Assembly: GCA_039621445.1 (NCBI GenBank)
Contig: CP154954.1
Location: forward strand, 3,779,060 to 3,799,059
Direction of reading: 5' to 3'
Length of the DNA stretch: 20,000 bases
DNA from: Euglena gracilis
Taxonomy: Eukaryota
The notes below the pieces were generated by a model. The model searched no databases and was not told the DNA's origin. It worked only from the letters and a program-made list of their open reading frames with translations. Below, piece by piece: positions 9,329 through 20,000 of the stretch; positions within the stretch are counted from its first letter, which is position 1; each line of letters starts with the position of its first letter. The position numbers were made by a program, and so were the translations under genes.

Positions 9329-9577
9329 CCCCTCATCGAATGGGCACGCAAGGGGAAGACATTACCGACACCCGGGGGGGGGGAGGGGGCTTTGGGGTGG
9401 GCAGTGCTTTGGTCCCCCAGCAGAAAGCACCAGGGTTTGGCAATGGCCGTTTTCCCGGGAGATTTGCCCGAGTCCAAAGAACCCCGCCGTTCAGTGCCCA
9501 CTAACACCAGCAGGCACTCCGCAAAGGGCGGCAAAAAGAAGCCTGACCTCACACCGCCCTCCGTTGCTCCACTGTGA
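9329..9577 (+). CDS. Possible terminal exon of gene 1 (PLIEWARKG...GGKKKPDLTPPSVAPL*)
   Basis: Open frame ending in TGA that could join in phase 0 to 8971. Splice boundary not convincingly resolved. Confidence 0.25.
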   Translation, partial: PLIEWARKGKTLPTPGGGEGALGWAVLWSPSRKHQGLAMAVFPGDLPESKEPRRSVPTNTSRHSAKGGKKKPDLTPPSVAPL

Positions 9578-9594
9578 CCGATGGAGGGGGGCCC

Positions 9595-10178
9595 CAGGGT
9601 TCGATATAAGGAGGGCATATGGGGTTTAGGTAGGGGGTGTCCCCCCCCCCTGGACTGCAGGGGGGAGAAAATTGCACCGTGCAATTTTTGCAATTTTGTG
9701 CAATTAATTGCACATGGCCTGGGATATTTTGTTTTGGAAAATATCATTTTTTGATGCAATTGAGAACTTGCCGTGTTTTTTTTTTTGCTGGGAAATTGAT
9801 GTACGTAGTGAAATTTCCGTTCAAAGGCTGTTTATTGTTGGTTTACTCAGTGTGCAAACCTTATCTTGAGTCCCCTGCCCAGGTGTCTTTGATACTTTCT
9901 CAACCAGGACTGGAGGGGGTCTGGTCCACCCCCCGGGGTCCGTACCGCCCCCGGGGGGATACCTGGAACCCGCAAAAGGTAAATTTTTTTCCGGCGCTTT
10001 GCACCGATTTTTTTTGCATTTTTGACAAATTCGTTTTGGGGGTTAAATCTTTCGGCCCGGCGCTTCGCACTGGGCTGACAATCCGTCACCTGGGCCACGC
10101 AATTGTTTAGGTGGGGGGGTGTCCCCCCCTTGACCAGGGGGTCCGGACCCCCCCCACCTGCCCTTATATCGAAGCCTG
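9595..10178. mobile_element. hAT-like MITE family B, second copy
   Basis: CAGGGTTCGATATAAGG...CCTTATATCGAAGCCTG. Flanks GGGGGCCC / GGGAGCCC match at 7/8. Confidence 0.85.
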
Positions 10179-12411
10179 GGGAGCCCCCAGCCAATTTCAT
10201 CCCCACCCCAAGTGCTGTTGACCAGCCACCTTCGGCGTGCTGGCCATCCACCTTTTTAAAAAGTGGGTTTTTTCTTGATGGTTTATCCCATCACCCACTT
10301 GCGCGATGCAAATCCTGTCCCGCAAGTTGTTGCACCATGACACGATGCAAAATTGTCTCGACCTGTGTGTTCTGATGTTGCCGTTTCAGTTTGCGCGAAA
10401 GCCTGTGCCATCATTAAAATAATATTAATAAAGTATATATTAAATTTTCAATAAATATAATGTTTTTTTCTGTAATACATTTTTATCATGAACAATCATT
10501 TGATTGTTTGCATCCATCTAATACAGGAGCAAACAGTCAAAAAAGTTTCCGACAGTGCACATTATCCCAATTGTGTCCCCCCCCCCTGGAGGGGATGAAA
10601 ATGCTTTGCTCCCCTCCCTGGGTTGGTAGGCATAAACCCGCCCCAAATAAAATAGTATCCCCCCAAATAATATTCCTCCCAAACAACATTCCTCAACTTC
10701 AGCCGCCCAAATAATATCCCCCCCCCCATTTTGCACAGAGCGCCACAGAAACAAAGGGAGCTGGGACCGTATTTTTTGCAAGTTTTACTTGAATTCCACC
10801 ATGTTCAGATTGAAAACAGACAGGAAAATACCAAAAGGTGCAACTTGAGACAAAAAAATCACCCCATTATGGGTTTTGATGGTAGAAGAAGCCTGGTGAG
10901 AGCAAAATTTTTTCCTCTTCTTGACCCCTTCCGTATTCGAAAACCAAACCCGGCCTCAGGCAAGGAGGTGAAGTGGCTCATGTAGTGACTCGTGGACCCC
11001 AACTTGATAGCAACCCCTGCCAATGCGGGCCGAGGGGGCATTGACTTCGACATGGTGACCATTTGGGCAAAAACTAACTTTTTTTTGCCGTTGGTCTCAC
11101 TGCCTCCTCAGTCTCCTCAGAGCCCTTAACACAATACAAGAACCACAATACCATTTAATCCCACTCAGTGCTTTGTTTTCCCAATTATTTCTGACCATTT
11201 TAAAGGTTGCGTCAGCACACCATCCAGTGTTAGGCAACTTCATTGTATGGCCAACTGTGCATCCCGTACCGGAACATGGCGCCCTCTGTCAACTTCATTT
11301 TTGCACTTTGTTTTTTCATTGTTTGAGATTGCTTTCATTGTTCCTGTCGTTTGGTTTTCCTGTACATTGCACATCTTTCAGTTGACTTTATGGTCGTCAC
11401 TTTTGATGCTGTGTCCTCCACAGGTCTATCTTTTTCTCAATGAACTCATAATGTGGTGACAAGTGACAAATCAATCATTATCTCTTTCTCACCCTGGTGT
11501 GTGAATTGGCCTGATCAGTCCCATCAGCATCACCCCCTGACGAGACCTCCTTTCCCCCCTCCCAGTTTTTCCAATTTTCCAATTTTTCCAATTTTTGTGA
11601 CAAGTTGAATTAAATTGATTGAGGGGGACCCATCTTCAGTTGGCAAAGGGAAGTTCTTTTTCCAAAATATGATCCGTGCTGCGAGCGAACCGGTGTTCGC
11701 AAGATTATGTTTAATTGACTACGTTGCTGCCTGCAATTTTTCCCCCTCCCTTTGTTCATTCATTCACATGTGATGATGAAAACCACAATCCTCACATGTG
11801 ATTATGACCACACGTGTCTTCTGTCTTCAATTTTATGCAGGTTAGAATGCCATTTCAGTGGATTATTCCTTTCTTTTGGATGCAAATTTCTTCTGCGCTC
11901 TGTATCTGCACTGCATCTCTGTGCCATTCCTCAGGAGCACTGAATGCCATCGTGCCTGCCATGCTGTCATGACCACACCGTGGCTTAGTGTTGACTGACC
12001 CAACCACAGGGGGGGGGGTATTTTTTTGTAAGTGCTGAAAATTTGACCCAACTTTTTTTCCCAGAAAGCGTCCAATAGCTGATTATCAGTAAAGATTATC
12101 TGAAAATTGCTAATTCTAACAGAAAAGTAATCGTTAGGACATCGGGGAGGAAATCATTAGGAAGTTGGGGATTTTGCACAGTTTCATTGCGAAAACACAG
12201 TCACATTTGATTTCGGGACCTCTTGTCATATTCAGGGGGGTCCCCGCCGTTCACTCACTGGGGTGGGGGGGGGGCGTAGTTTATGACTTCCATATCAGCA
12301 CACAAGGATATATGGCATGTGTACCTTTGGATACCTCCCCAGTATGCAAATGTACAGTTGCCATATATCCATGCATGTACACCCGTCGAAGGCTTATTTG
12401 GAGAGGGCCAG

Positions 12412-12552
12412 AGGCTGGAAAGCGACAGGGGTGGCCGGAACTCGCTGTGCGGCGACAGCCCCTCCAAGCGCGAGGCGGAGCACGATGTGGAGGACGAGGC
12501 GTACGAGCAGAACCGGACGTGGCTAGTGGTCGCCCTGCAGCTGTTCTGCCCG
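12412..12552 (+). CDS. Exon of a multi-pass membrane protein, gene 2 or continuation (RLESDRGGRNSLCGDSPSKREAEHDVEDEAYEQNRTWLVVALQLFCP)
   Basis: Strong GC3 bias. Phase-0 donor CCG|GTGATG matches the acceptor at 12933. 5' boundary approximate. Confidence 0.65.
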
Positions 12553-12933
12553 GTGATGGGGTTTGACCCGCTTGCAACGCAAACCCACTGTGGTGCAATG
12601 CAACGCAATGCAACACGTCACACTGCAAGATAGCACACCGCAGACCACACCACTCACACCACAACAGAATAAAATCTTTAAGAATCAACAAGCATGTGTG
12701 GCATTTAGGAAGCAAAAAAAATATTTTTTTTAATTCGGGAGGCCTGGTGGGGGGGATGGGATGGGTCCTCCACCAATCCACTGCGGCACCACGCAAGGAG
12801 AAATTGGACTTGATAACCGGAAGGGGGAAGACCCCGCACACCAGGATGGGCGGTCCCACCACCCCCCTGCTCCCCGACGGTTCGGACAGCCCTGTGGGCG
12901 TCTGGAGCTGGACACAGCCCTCTGTTTCCCCAG

Positions 12934-13047
12934 CTTGGCCCCGAGAGATCCTCTGGCAATTGGCCCCAAACCCATCCCCGGGCCCATCTGGTGTTCCTGA
13001 CCGCCTTGGCCCTCCCCTACGTCTTCGCGTGGTCGGCGCATCGCGAC
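12934..13047 (+). CDS. Gene 2 exon (LGPERSSGNWPQTHPRAHLVFLTALALPYVFAWSAHRD)
   Basis: TTTCCCCAG acceptor in phase 0 and a hydrophobic segment. 3' end approximate. Confidence 0.6.
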
Positions 13048-13700
13048 CACCAGGGGGGCGTTGGCAGTTCGGCCCCCGTTCTCCGCCCTGTGGTCAAAAG
13101 AAAAAAAAAACGGCTGGGCGGAGCCTGTGGGGGGGGGGGGGTGGATGACACTTTGGTCGATTTTCCAGAAGTCCGCATTTGTGTTCCCACCACGTCCTTG
13201 CATTCATTCCCAGGGGGGGGGGATTGGATTTGCTGGCATTTTCATGTTCCCATTGGAACGTCGGCAAACTGGCACAATCTATCTTGCTCCAACCTCAATG
13301 AATGCCACCAAACATCGTGGCCATCCCCCAAATAAGACCATGCGTCTGCTTTTTTTGTGCGCTTTGTTAAGAATCTCAAGGGAGTCTTATTATTTGGAGG
13401 TGGAGTAGAATTTTCGGATTTTTGATGAAGTTTGGCAGGTGTTATCTTTGGGAGGGCCTAATTCGGGGGGGGGGTATGTGATTCCGCTGTAATGAGTCCA
13501 TACCATCAATGCTGTGCATAGGCCTCTGCAGCATACCCATCGAAAGCTCCTCTGATTTTGACCCACGATGGCTCCCTTCCAGAATTTTTTTGATTATCAC
13601 CGCTTTTGTCTCTTTATGCATGTGTGGCATTTATTTCAAGGTGTGACCCAGTTGCATGCAATGCCACTAGCCCCATTCAGGTCTCATGACAATTTCAGGG

Positions 13701-14689
<989 letters not shown>

Positions 14690-14935
14690 CTGAGATTCTC
14701 CATTTCCAAAACACATCGAGAAATCCAGGGGCAGGATTTTGTTGAAACAAACGTGCACTTTCCCACCCACTGTGGTTGCCATGTTCATCCAGAATTTTCC
14801 CTCTGTTTTTTTGCCAAGACCATCTGTCCATCTGTCCAGAAGGAAACATTTTAATAGTTTGGAGTCAGTTTTGTATGTTTCGAACATGATTCTCAGAGAA
14901 GAAGGCTAAGGCTCTACCTAAAATGATACTCTTAG

Positions 14936-16303
14936 CAGGGATTCCCTCTGATTCGTGGCACGAATAATCACGAATAATCGCGAATTACCGCGAATTTTGG
15001 ATTTTTCGAAAATCACGAATAGTCACGAATAACACGAATAACCACGAATGAGATTTTTTTCCTGGGAATTATTTTTCTTTACAAATGTAGTCATTCAGCA
15101 TTCGGAACTGTGTTTTATTTGTTCTTTAGAAAATGTCTTCTTCGGATTCTGACGATGAGGTTGGGGACCGCTTCTCTGTTGCGCAACAACACTGGCCGCG
15201 AGCGACTTTGCTTTCTGCTTTTGTGATGGATCATGTTTCCAGCCAAAAAAGGGGTTTGTTTGGACAATGGAACGCTCACACAATGATGACACAGAGGTAC
15301 AATGTTGTCAACTATGTGTACCCCCCCCCCCCCCTTGTCCAACGACCGGGCTTGTCTGACGACCACCCTCTCCCCCAGTCAGAGGTGATCTTTTTTGCAT
15401 ACATACCATGTTGGTTCGGCCAAAATTGCTAAAAGTTGGCCAAAAACAGTCAAAAATGACCAAAAATGGCCAAAAAAATGGCCAAAGGTGGCCCAAAATG
15501 GCCAAAAGCCACAAAAAAAAATTGGCAAAAAAGGGCAAAAATGGCCAAAAGTTACCAAAAATTGCCCAAAGAGACCAAAAATGGGCCAAAGGGGGCCATT
15601 GTATGGCCAACAGCTGCCAAAGGTGGCCAAAAGCGACCAATCAAGGCGAAAAGTGGTTAAAATGCCTAAAAGTACCCAAAAATGCCCCAAAAATGGCCAA
15701 AAGTGCCAACCATAGTCAAGAAATGGCAAGAATGGCAAAAAAAAAACAGGCCAAAATGGCCATATACCCCCATCTTCGGTCAATTTTCCTCCGACTTGGG
15801 GTCCACCCCCCCCCCTTGAGCAACACCCTGCTGCTAAGGTGGTCCATAAGGGACGGGAATTTTTTTTTTCGTTAAGGACCGCCCCCCGGCCTGAGGGCCA
15901 AACAAGGCCGGCGAAGGGCGACCAGGGATTTGAACGGAGTCCAAAATTCAAAAGTCGAAACACACACTTTTTGACGTTTTGGGTGGATGGACGACAATTC
16001 AAGGGTGTCAGAAATCACTTTTTTCCCCAAAGTCGACCCGTTTTTTTTTTTGCCAAAATATCGCCACTTTTTGGTCATTTTTCCCTATGGATTTTTCATT
16101 GGATGTGTCGGGACGGGATTTCTTTTTTTGCTTAGGACCGCCCTGCTTCCTGCCGGCATCCCAGCAGTCCATCATTTAGCTGAAAACCGGGCGGATTTTT
16201 GGAACCACGAATAATCACGAATAATCACGAATAATCACGAATAATCACGAATAATCACGAATCAGAAATGGCGGTCCCCACCACGAATGGGAGGGAAACC
16301 CTG
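14936..16303. mobile_element. 1.37-kb non-autonomous TIR element with subterminal (CACGAATAAT)n arrays
   Basis: About 23-bp imperfect TIR CAGGGATTCCCTCTGATTCGTGG / CCACGAATGGGAGGGAAACCCTG. Flanking duplication CTCTTAG at 14929-14935 and 16304-16310. Confidence 0.8.
15415..15762. repeat. Degenerate ~10-bp satellite (TGGCCAAAAA-like)
   Basis: Repeated GGCCAAAA variants inside the 14936-16303 element. Confidence 0.7.
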
Positions 16304-16457
16304 CTCTTAGCCAAATTCCATTTCAACCGCTAGCATTCCTTGCTGACCGACCCGCTTTTGCAGCAATTATCTATGCGTATGTCTGAATGAATCTACTTTT
16401 TTTTATGACCAGAAAAATTGCTTTAAAAAGTCAAAAATATCCAATCCTCTTTGGCAC

Positions 16458-16750
16458 CAGGCTTCTTTTTAAGGAAAGTCGCTTAGTCTGGGGGGTGCTG
16501 TGGGAAAGCCGGGGGGACGGTCCTTTCGACCCCCCCCCCCCCAGGGGGTCGGGTTTTGTGGTCAGTGGTGCTATAGCACCCCCCCACCCGGCGCCTTCGG
16601 AGCCGGGGCCCAAAAATAGCCATTTTCAAGGGGAATTTGCCTTGGACGGCAGGCCCCAGGGTCCGAAACCGATCCCCCTGGGGGGGGGTGCCTGCTGTGG
16701 GCAGGCACCCGTAGCACAAGGCGCTCTCCGGGGTGGTAAAAAGAAACCTG
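16458..16750. mobile_element. hAT-like MITE family A copy
   Basis: CAGGCTTCTTTTTA...TAAAAAGAAACCTG. Flanks TTTGGCAC / CTTGGCAC match at 7/8. Internal similarity to about 6330-6485. Confidence 0.8.
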
Positions 16751-17629
16751 CTTGGCACAGCAGTCTAAGAAAAAAAACGGAACCCTAAACGACGCTTTCT
16801 CATGAGTCTCCTTCTGCATGCAAAATCAAGAGAGGAGGATTCAATATCTGCAAAAAGGCCAGGCGCCAACCCATGGGTCATAGTTCCCTACAAGAGGGAT
16901 CCAAAAGGTACAAAAAAACAGGATCCTGTGCATCCCTCTCTCTGGTTGTGGGATTGATGGGGTTGATTTGAAGGGGCTTTGAGGATGGTGGATGGTTGAT
17001 GGTGGATGGTTTCCGGGAAGAATTCAGAGAAAGGAGGGTCAACCAACGTTTGTGTCCTTTCCCACAAAAATGAGAAAATCATTTTGCAAAGGCATCAACC
17101 GTGCGAATCACAAAATTAGGCCAAAGAAGTGCGCGCATTTCCATTTCTTTTCTGTCTCAAAAATGACTACACCCTGAAGGCACTCCTCCAAAGCCGGGAT
17201 GGAAGGTCTGGGCCAATTTTGGTGGCCACCCATCGCTTTATTTTTGTTCCCCCCATTTTTTCCCGCACGATTCACCACCAAAATGGTGTCCTTTGGGGGG
17301 GGCACACTGCAACTGGCACTCCTCCTCAGCGGCGCAAGGTACGGCCAATGGGCTACACTTTGGTGGTCTACGCCGTTCTGTCTCCATATGCTCAAGGAGG
17401 CCCGAGGATTCCATCACCGTTTGATGGTTCTGTCGTTCTGAGCTTCACCAGACAATCCTGGTCACAGGAGCAGAGGTCTGGTACTTTTTTTTTGAATGCA
17501 AGTCTTTCCCTCCTGAAGGAACATTTCCACAAAAGGCGCTTTTCGGTTTTTCAAACTGTTCTGTCAAGCCAAGTTGGGTTCAGGTGACTGTCAAAAAGGG
17601 TGGCAAGCTGAACCCAGGCAAGCTCGCAG

Positions 17630-17666
17630 AACGTTACCTGGAACCGCAGAGGTGGGGGTTTCAGGT
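17630..17666 (+). CDS. Possible gene 2 micro-exon (RYLEPQRWGFQ)
   Basis: CGCAG acceptor. In frame with 17821 if 17667-17820 is removed as a non-canonical intron. Confidence 0.3.
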
Positions 17667-17820
17667 CCATAGGTTCACTGAGTGACCCCCCCCCCCCGGG
17701 GACACTTTTCCCGGGCCCAAACCCACAGGCACCCGCCTTTTTTTTGAAAACCCACCCACGCACGACCCCCCCCCCCCAGAGGACTGAGAAGTCACACAGG
17801 TGGTAAGTGAATCTGTGGTC

Positions 17821-18002
17821 GGGGACCCCCCTGACGACCTGCATCCTTGCCGCTGTCTCCTGGGCGTGCTATCGGCAGTACATGGCCACCCCGGCTGACT
17901 GTTGGTTGTGGCTCACGCTGGGCACCGTCCTCATGCTGCTCGTCTTCTCCACCCGCACAGCGTGCTGGCTCTTGGCGCTCCAAGTGGTCACTCCAGCATT
18001 CG
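17821..18002 (+). CDS. Gene 2 exon (GTPLTTCILAAVSWACYRQYMATPADCWLWLTLGTVLMLLVFSTRTACWLLALQVVTPAF)
   Basis: High GC3 with several hydrophobic helices. Phase-1 donor G|GTATTC matches the exon at 18625. Confidence 0.65.
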
Positions 18003-18085
18003 GTATTCCAATATTTTTTTAAAATTTTAATTATTTTTGAGGAAATTTGAATGATGTAAATGAGAAAATCTTATTTTATTTATTT

Positions 18086-18240
18086 GTTCATGCGTTCATT
18101 CATTCATGCATGCATTCATTCATTCTTCCATCCATCCATCCATCCATCCATCCATCCATCCATCCATCCATCCATCCATCCATCCATCCATCCATCCATC
18201 CATCCATCCATCCATTCAGACAGGCAGGCAGGCAGGCAGG

Positions 18241-18277
<37 letters not shown>

Positions 18278-18349
18278 GGACGGACAGACAGATAAAGAAT
18301 GGATTGATGAATGAATGAATGAATGAATGAATGGATGGATGGATGATGA

Positions 18350-18381
<32 letters not shown>

Positions 18382-18410
18382 CCTGCCTGCCTGCCTGCCT
18401 GCCTGTCTAT
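18086..18410. repeat. Compound tetranucleotide microsatellite (TTCA/TCCA/CAGG/CAGA followed by TGAA/TGGA/TCTG/CCTG)
   Basis: Directly visible. The second half is made of the reverse-complement units of the first. Confidence 0.9.
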
Positions 18411-18624
18411 CTATTTTATTTACTTCTTTGTTTTATTTATTTGCTAGTTAGCCATTTATTTTATTTTATTTTTTTTCTCTGATAAATGCTTTGAGAGCTT
18501 TTCAATCTCTCTAAGTAATTTCTTTAAATTGCTGAATCTCAATTTTGATTTCTGAAATCCCTTTGCAATGCTGAGTTCCCTGCGATTGAGGGATCAGGCC
18601 CACTATCCCCCTCCCTGCCCACAG

Positions 18625-18767
18625 GCGCCATCGTCGACATCTATTCAGGATTTGGCCTGGACGTGCATTCGTTTTTGCAACGTACGCTCAACCTCGTCCT
18701 GCCCAATTTCGTCATCTTCCTCCTCCTCCTCTTTTTCTCCCAAGTGTTGGAGTACAACAAGAAGCAG
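18625..18767 (+). CDS. Gene 2 exon (AIVDIYSGFGLDVHSFLQRTLNLVLPNFVIFLLLLFFSQVLEYNKKQ)
   Basis: CCCACAG acceptor in phase 1, CAG|GTCAGT donor, one TM helix. Confidence 0.75.
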
Positions 18768-19482
18768 GTCAGTTGCTTCCAGCCACTCGCTCCCCCCCCC
18801 ACCTGGTTGGGAGTTGCTGGCCAGGGGTATGCATGACCTCCCCATGTATTGGAGGCCCTTCGGCTTCGGTGGTGAGGTTGGTGGTTGGCGGACCCCCCCA
18901 TCTGGGTGTTTGGGGGGTGTCTCTCCCTGGCAGGTTCCAAAAATAGCGAAAGTTTTCTTCTGGCGCTGCGTGCCGGATAATGCAAAGAATTGCCCCTTGT
19001 TTTCTCTTTTAATTGTATTGCATTTTTGATGATGTTTTGGTGTTTTTCACAAAAAAGTTCAAAAAAATCAAAATGGGCATTTTTGGAGATGCTCTTTTTT
19101 ATTTTCAAAGAAAAATCAGGGGGTTTTCAACAATTTTGGCCGGGGGGCCCCCAACGACCCCACCGCGCAAAGAGAAATCCCTTTGGCACTTTTGGCACCC
19201 GTACAACCCATTGGTAGGGGTGGAACCCTGAAAAAAACCACCGCTCATTTAGTGCCCTGGCAAAAAACTCAGGTCACAAAACATCATGCAGTCAGATAAA
19301 AATAAAACGAATTGCAAAGCACCTGCAAAAAAGGGTGGGGGAACAATTCAAAAATAATATGCAATGATGATGGATCCAAAAAGCTCTCCATATACCGAGT
19401 GTGTTGGGTAACAACAAGGGGGGACACAACACGAACCCTCGACAAATGAAACACAAGGGAAAAAACACAAAAAAAAGAGGGA

Positions 19483-19994
19483 NNNNNNNNNNNNNNNNNN
19501 NNNNNNNNNNNNNNNNNNNNNNNNNNNNNNNNNNNNNNNNNNNNNNNNNNNNNNNNNNNNNNNNNNNNNNNNNNNNNNNNNNNNNNNNNNNNNNNNNNNN
19601 NNNNNNNNNNNNNNNNNNNNNNNNNNNNNNNNNNNNNNNNNNNNNNNNNNNNNNNNNNNNNNNNNNNNNNNNNNNNNNNNNNNNNNNNNNNNNNNNNNNN
19701 NNNNNNNNNNNNNNNNNNNNNNNNNNNNNNNNNNNNNNNNNNNNNNNNNNNNNNNNNNNNNNNNNNNNNNNNNNNNNNNNNNNNNNNNNNNNNNNNNNNN
19801 NNNNNNNNNNNNNNNNNNNNNNNNNNNNNNNNNNNNNNNNNNNNNNNNNNNNNNNNNNNNNNNNNNNNNNNNNNNNNNNNNNNNNNNNNNNNNNNNNNNN
19901 NNNNNNNNNNNNNNNNNNNNNNNNNNNNNNNNNNNNNNNNNNNNNNNNNNNNNNNNNNNNNNNNNNNNNNNNNNNNNNNNNNNNNNNNNNNNNN
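19483..19994. other. Assembly gap (N run)
   Basis: Run of N characters. Confidence 1.
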
Positions 19995-20000
19995 CTCGTG

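Noticed and set aside
11020-11056. Possible micro-exon AGRGGIDFDM
   Set aside because: Too short, with no independent support.
15308-16002. Lys-rich and Phe/Trp-rich ORFs
   Set aside because: They are products of the degenerate GGCCAAAA satellite.
16205-16262. (CACGAATAAT)n array as a possible CRISPR
   Set aside because: Head-to-tail 10-mers without spacers, in a eukaryotic context with no cas genes.
17310-17400. Possible additional gene 2 exon (GYTLVVYAVLSPYAQ or ALLLSGARYGQW)
   Set aside because: Coding-like, but the frame and boundaries could not be resolved.

Overview
Eukaryotic, repeat-rich genomic DNA, most likely euglenid (Euglena-like; inferred from the intron type). None of the ORF-track entries is a real gene as listed. 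The window holds short GC-rich + strand exons among MITEs and microsatellites, and ends in an assembly gap (N 19483-19994). Gene 1 (about 778/2503 to 8971 or beyond) splices by hand, with consistent phases, into a membrane protein with an MCTP/PRT_C-like hydrophobic region followed by a complete Ca2+-type C2 domain. Exons at about 12.4-18.8 kb encode a further multi-TM polypeptide. Introns are a mix of GT-AG and non-canonical stem-ended introns (CAG at +4..+6, CTG at -8..-6). Key observation: the non-canonical intron 5503-6490 is exactly a hAT-like MITE (CAG...CTG inverted termini) with a perfect 8-bp target-site duplication. The 3-nt + 5-nt intron overhangs remove exactly one TSD copy and restore the reading frame. 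The same MITE family occurs elsewhere in the window, and two further TSD-flanked MITEs are nested inside this intron.
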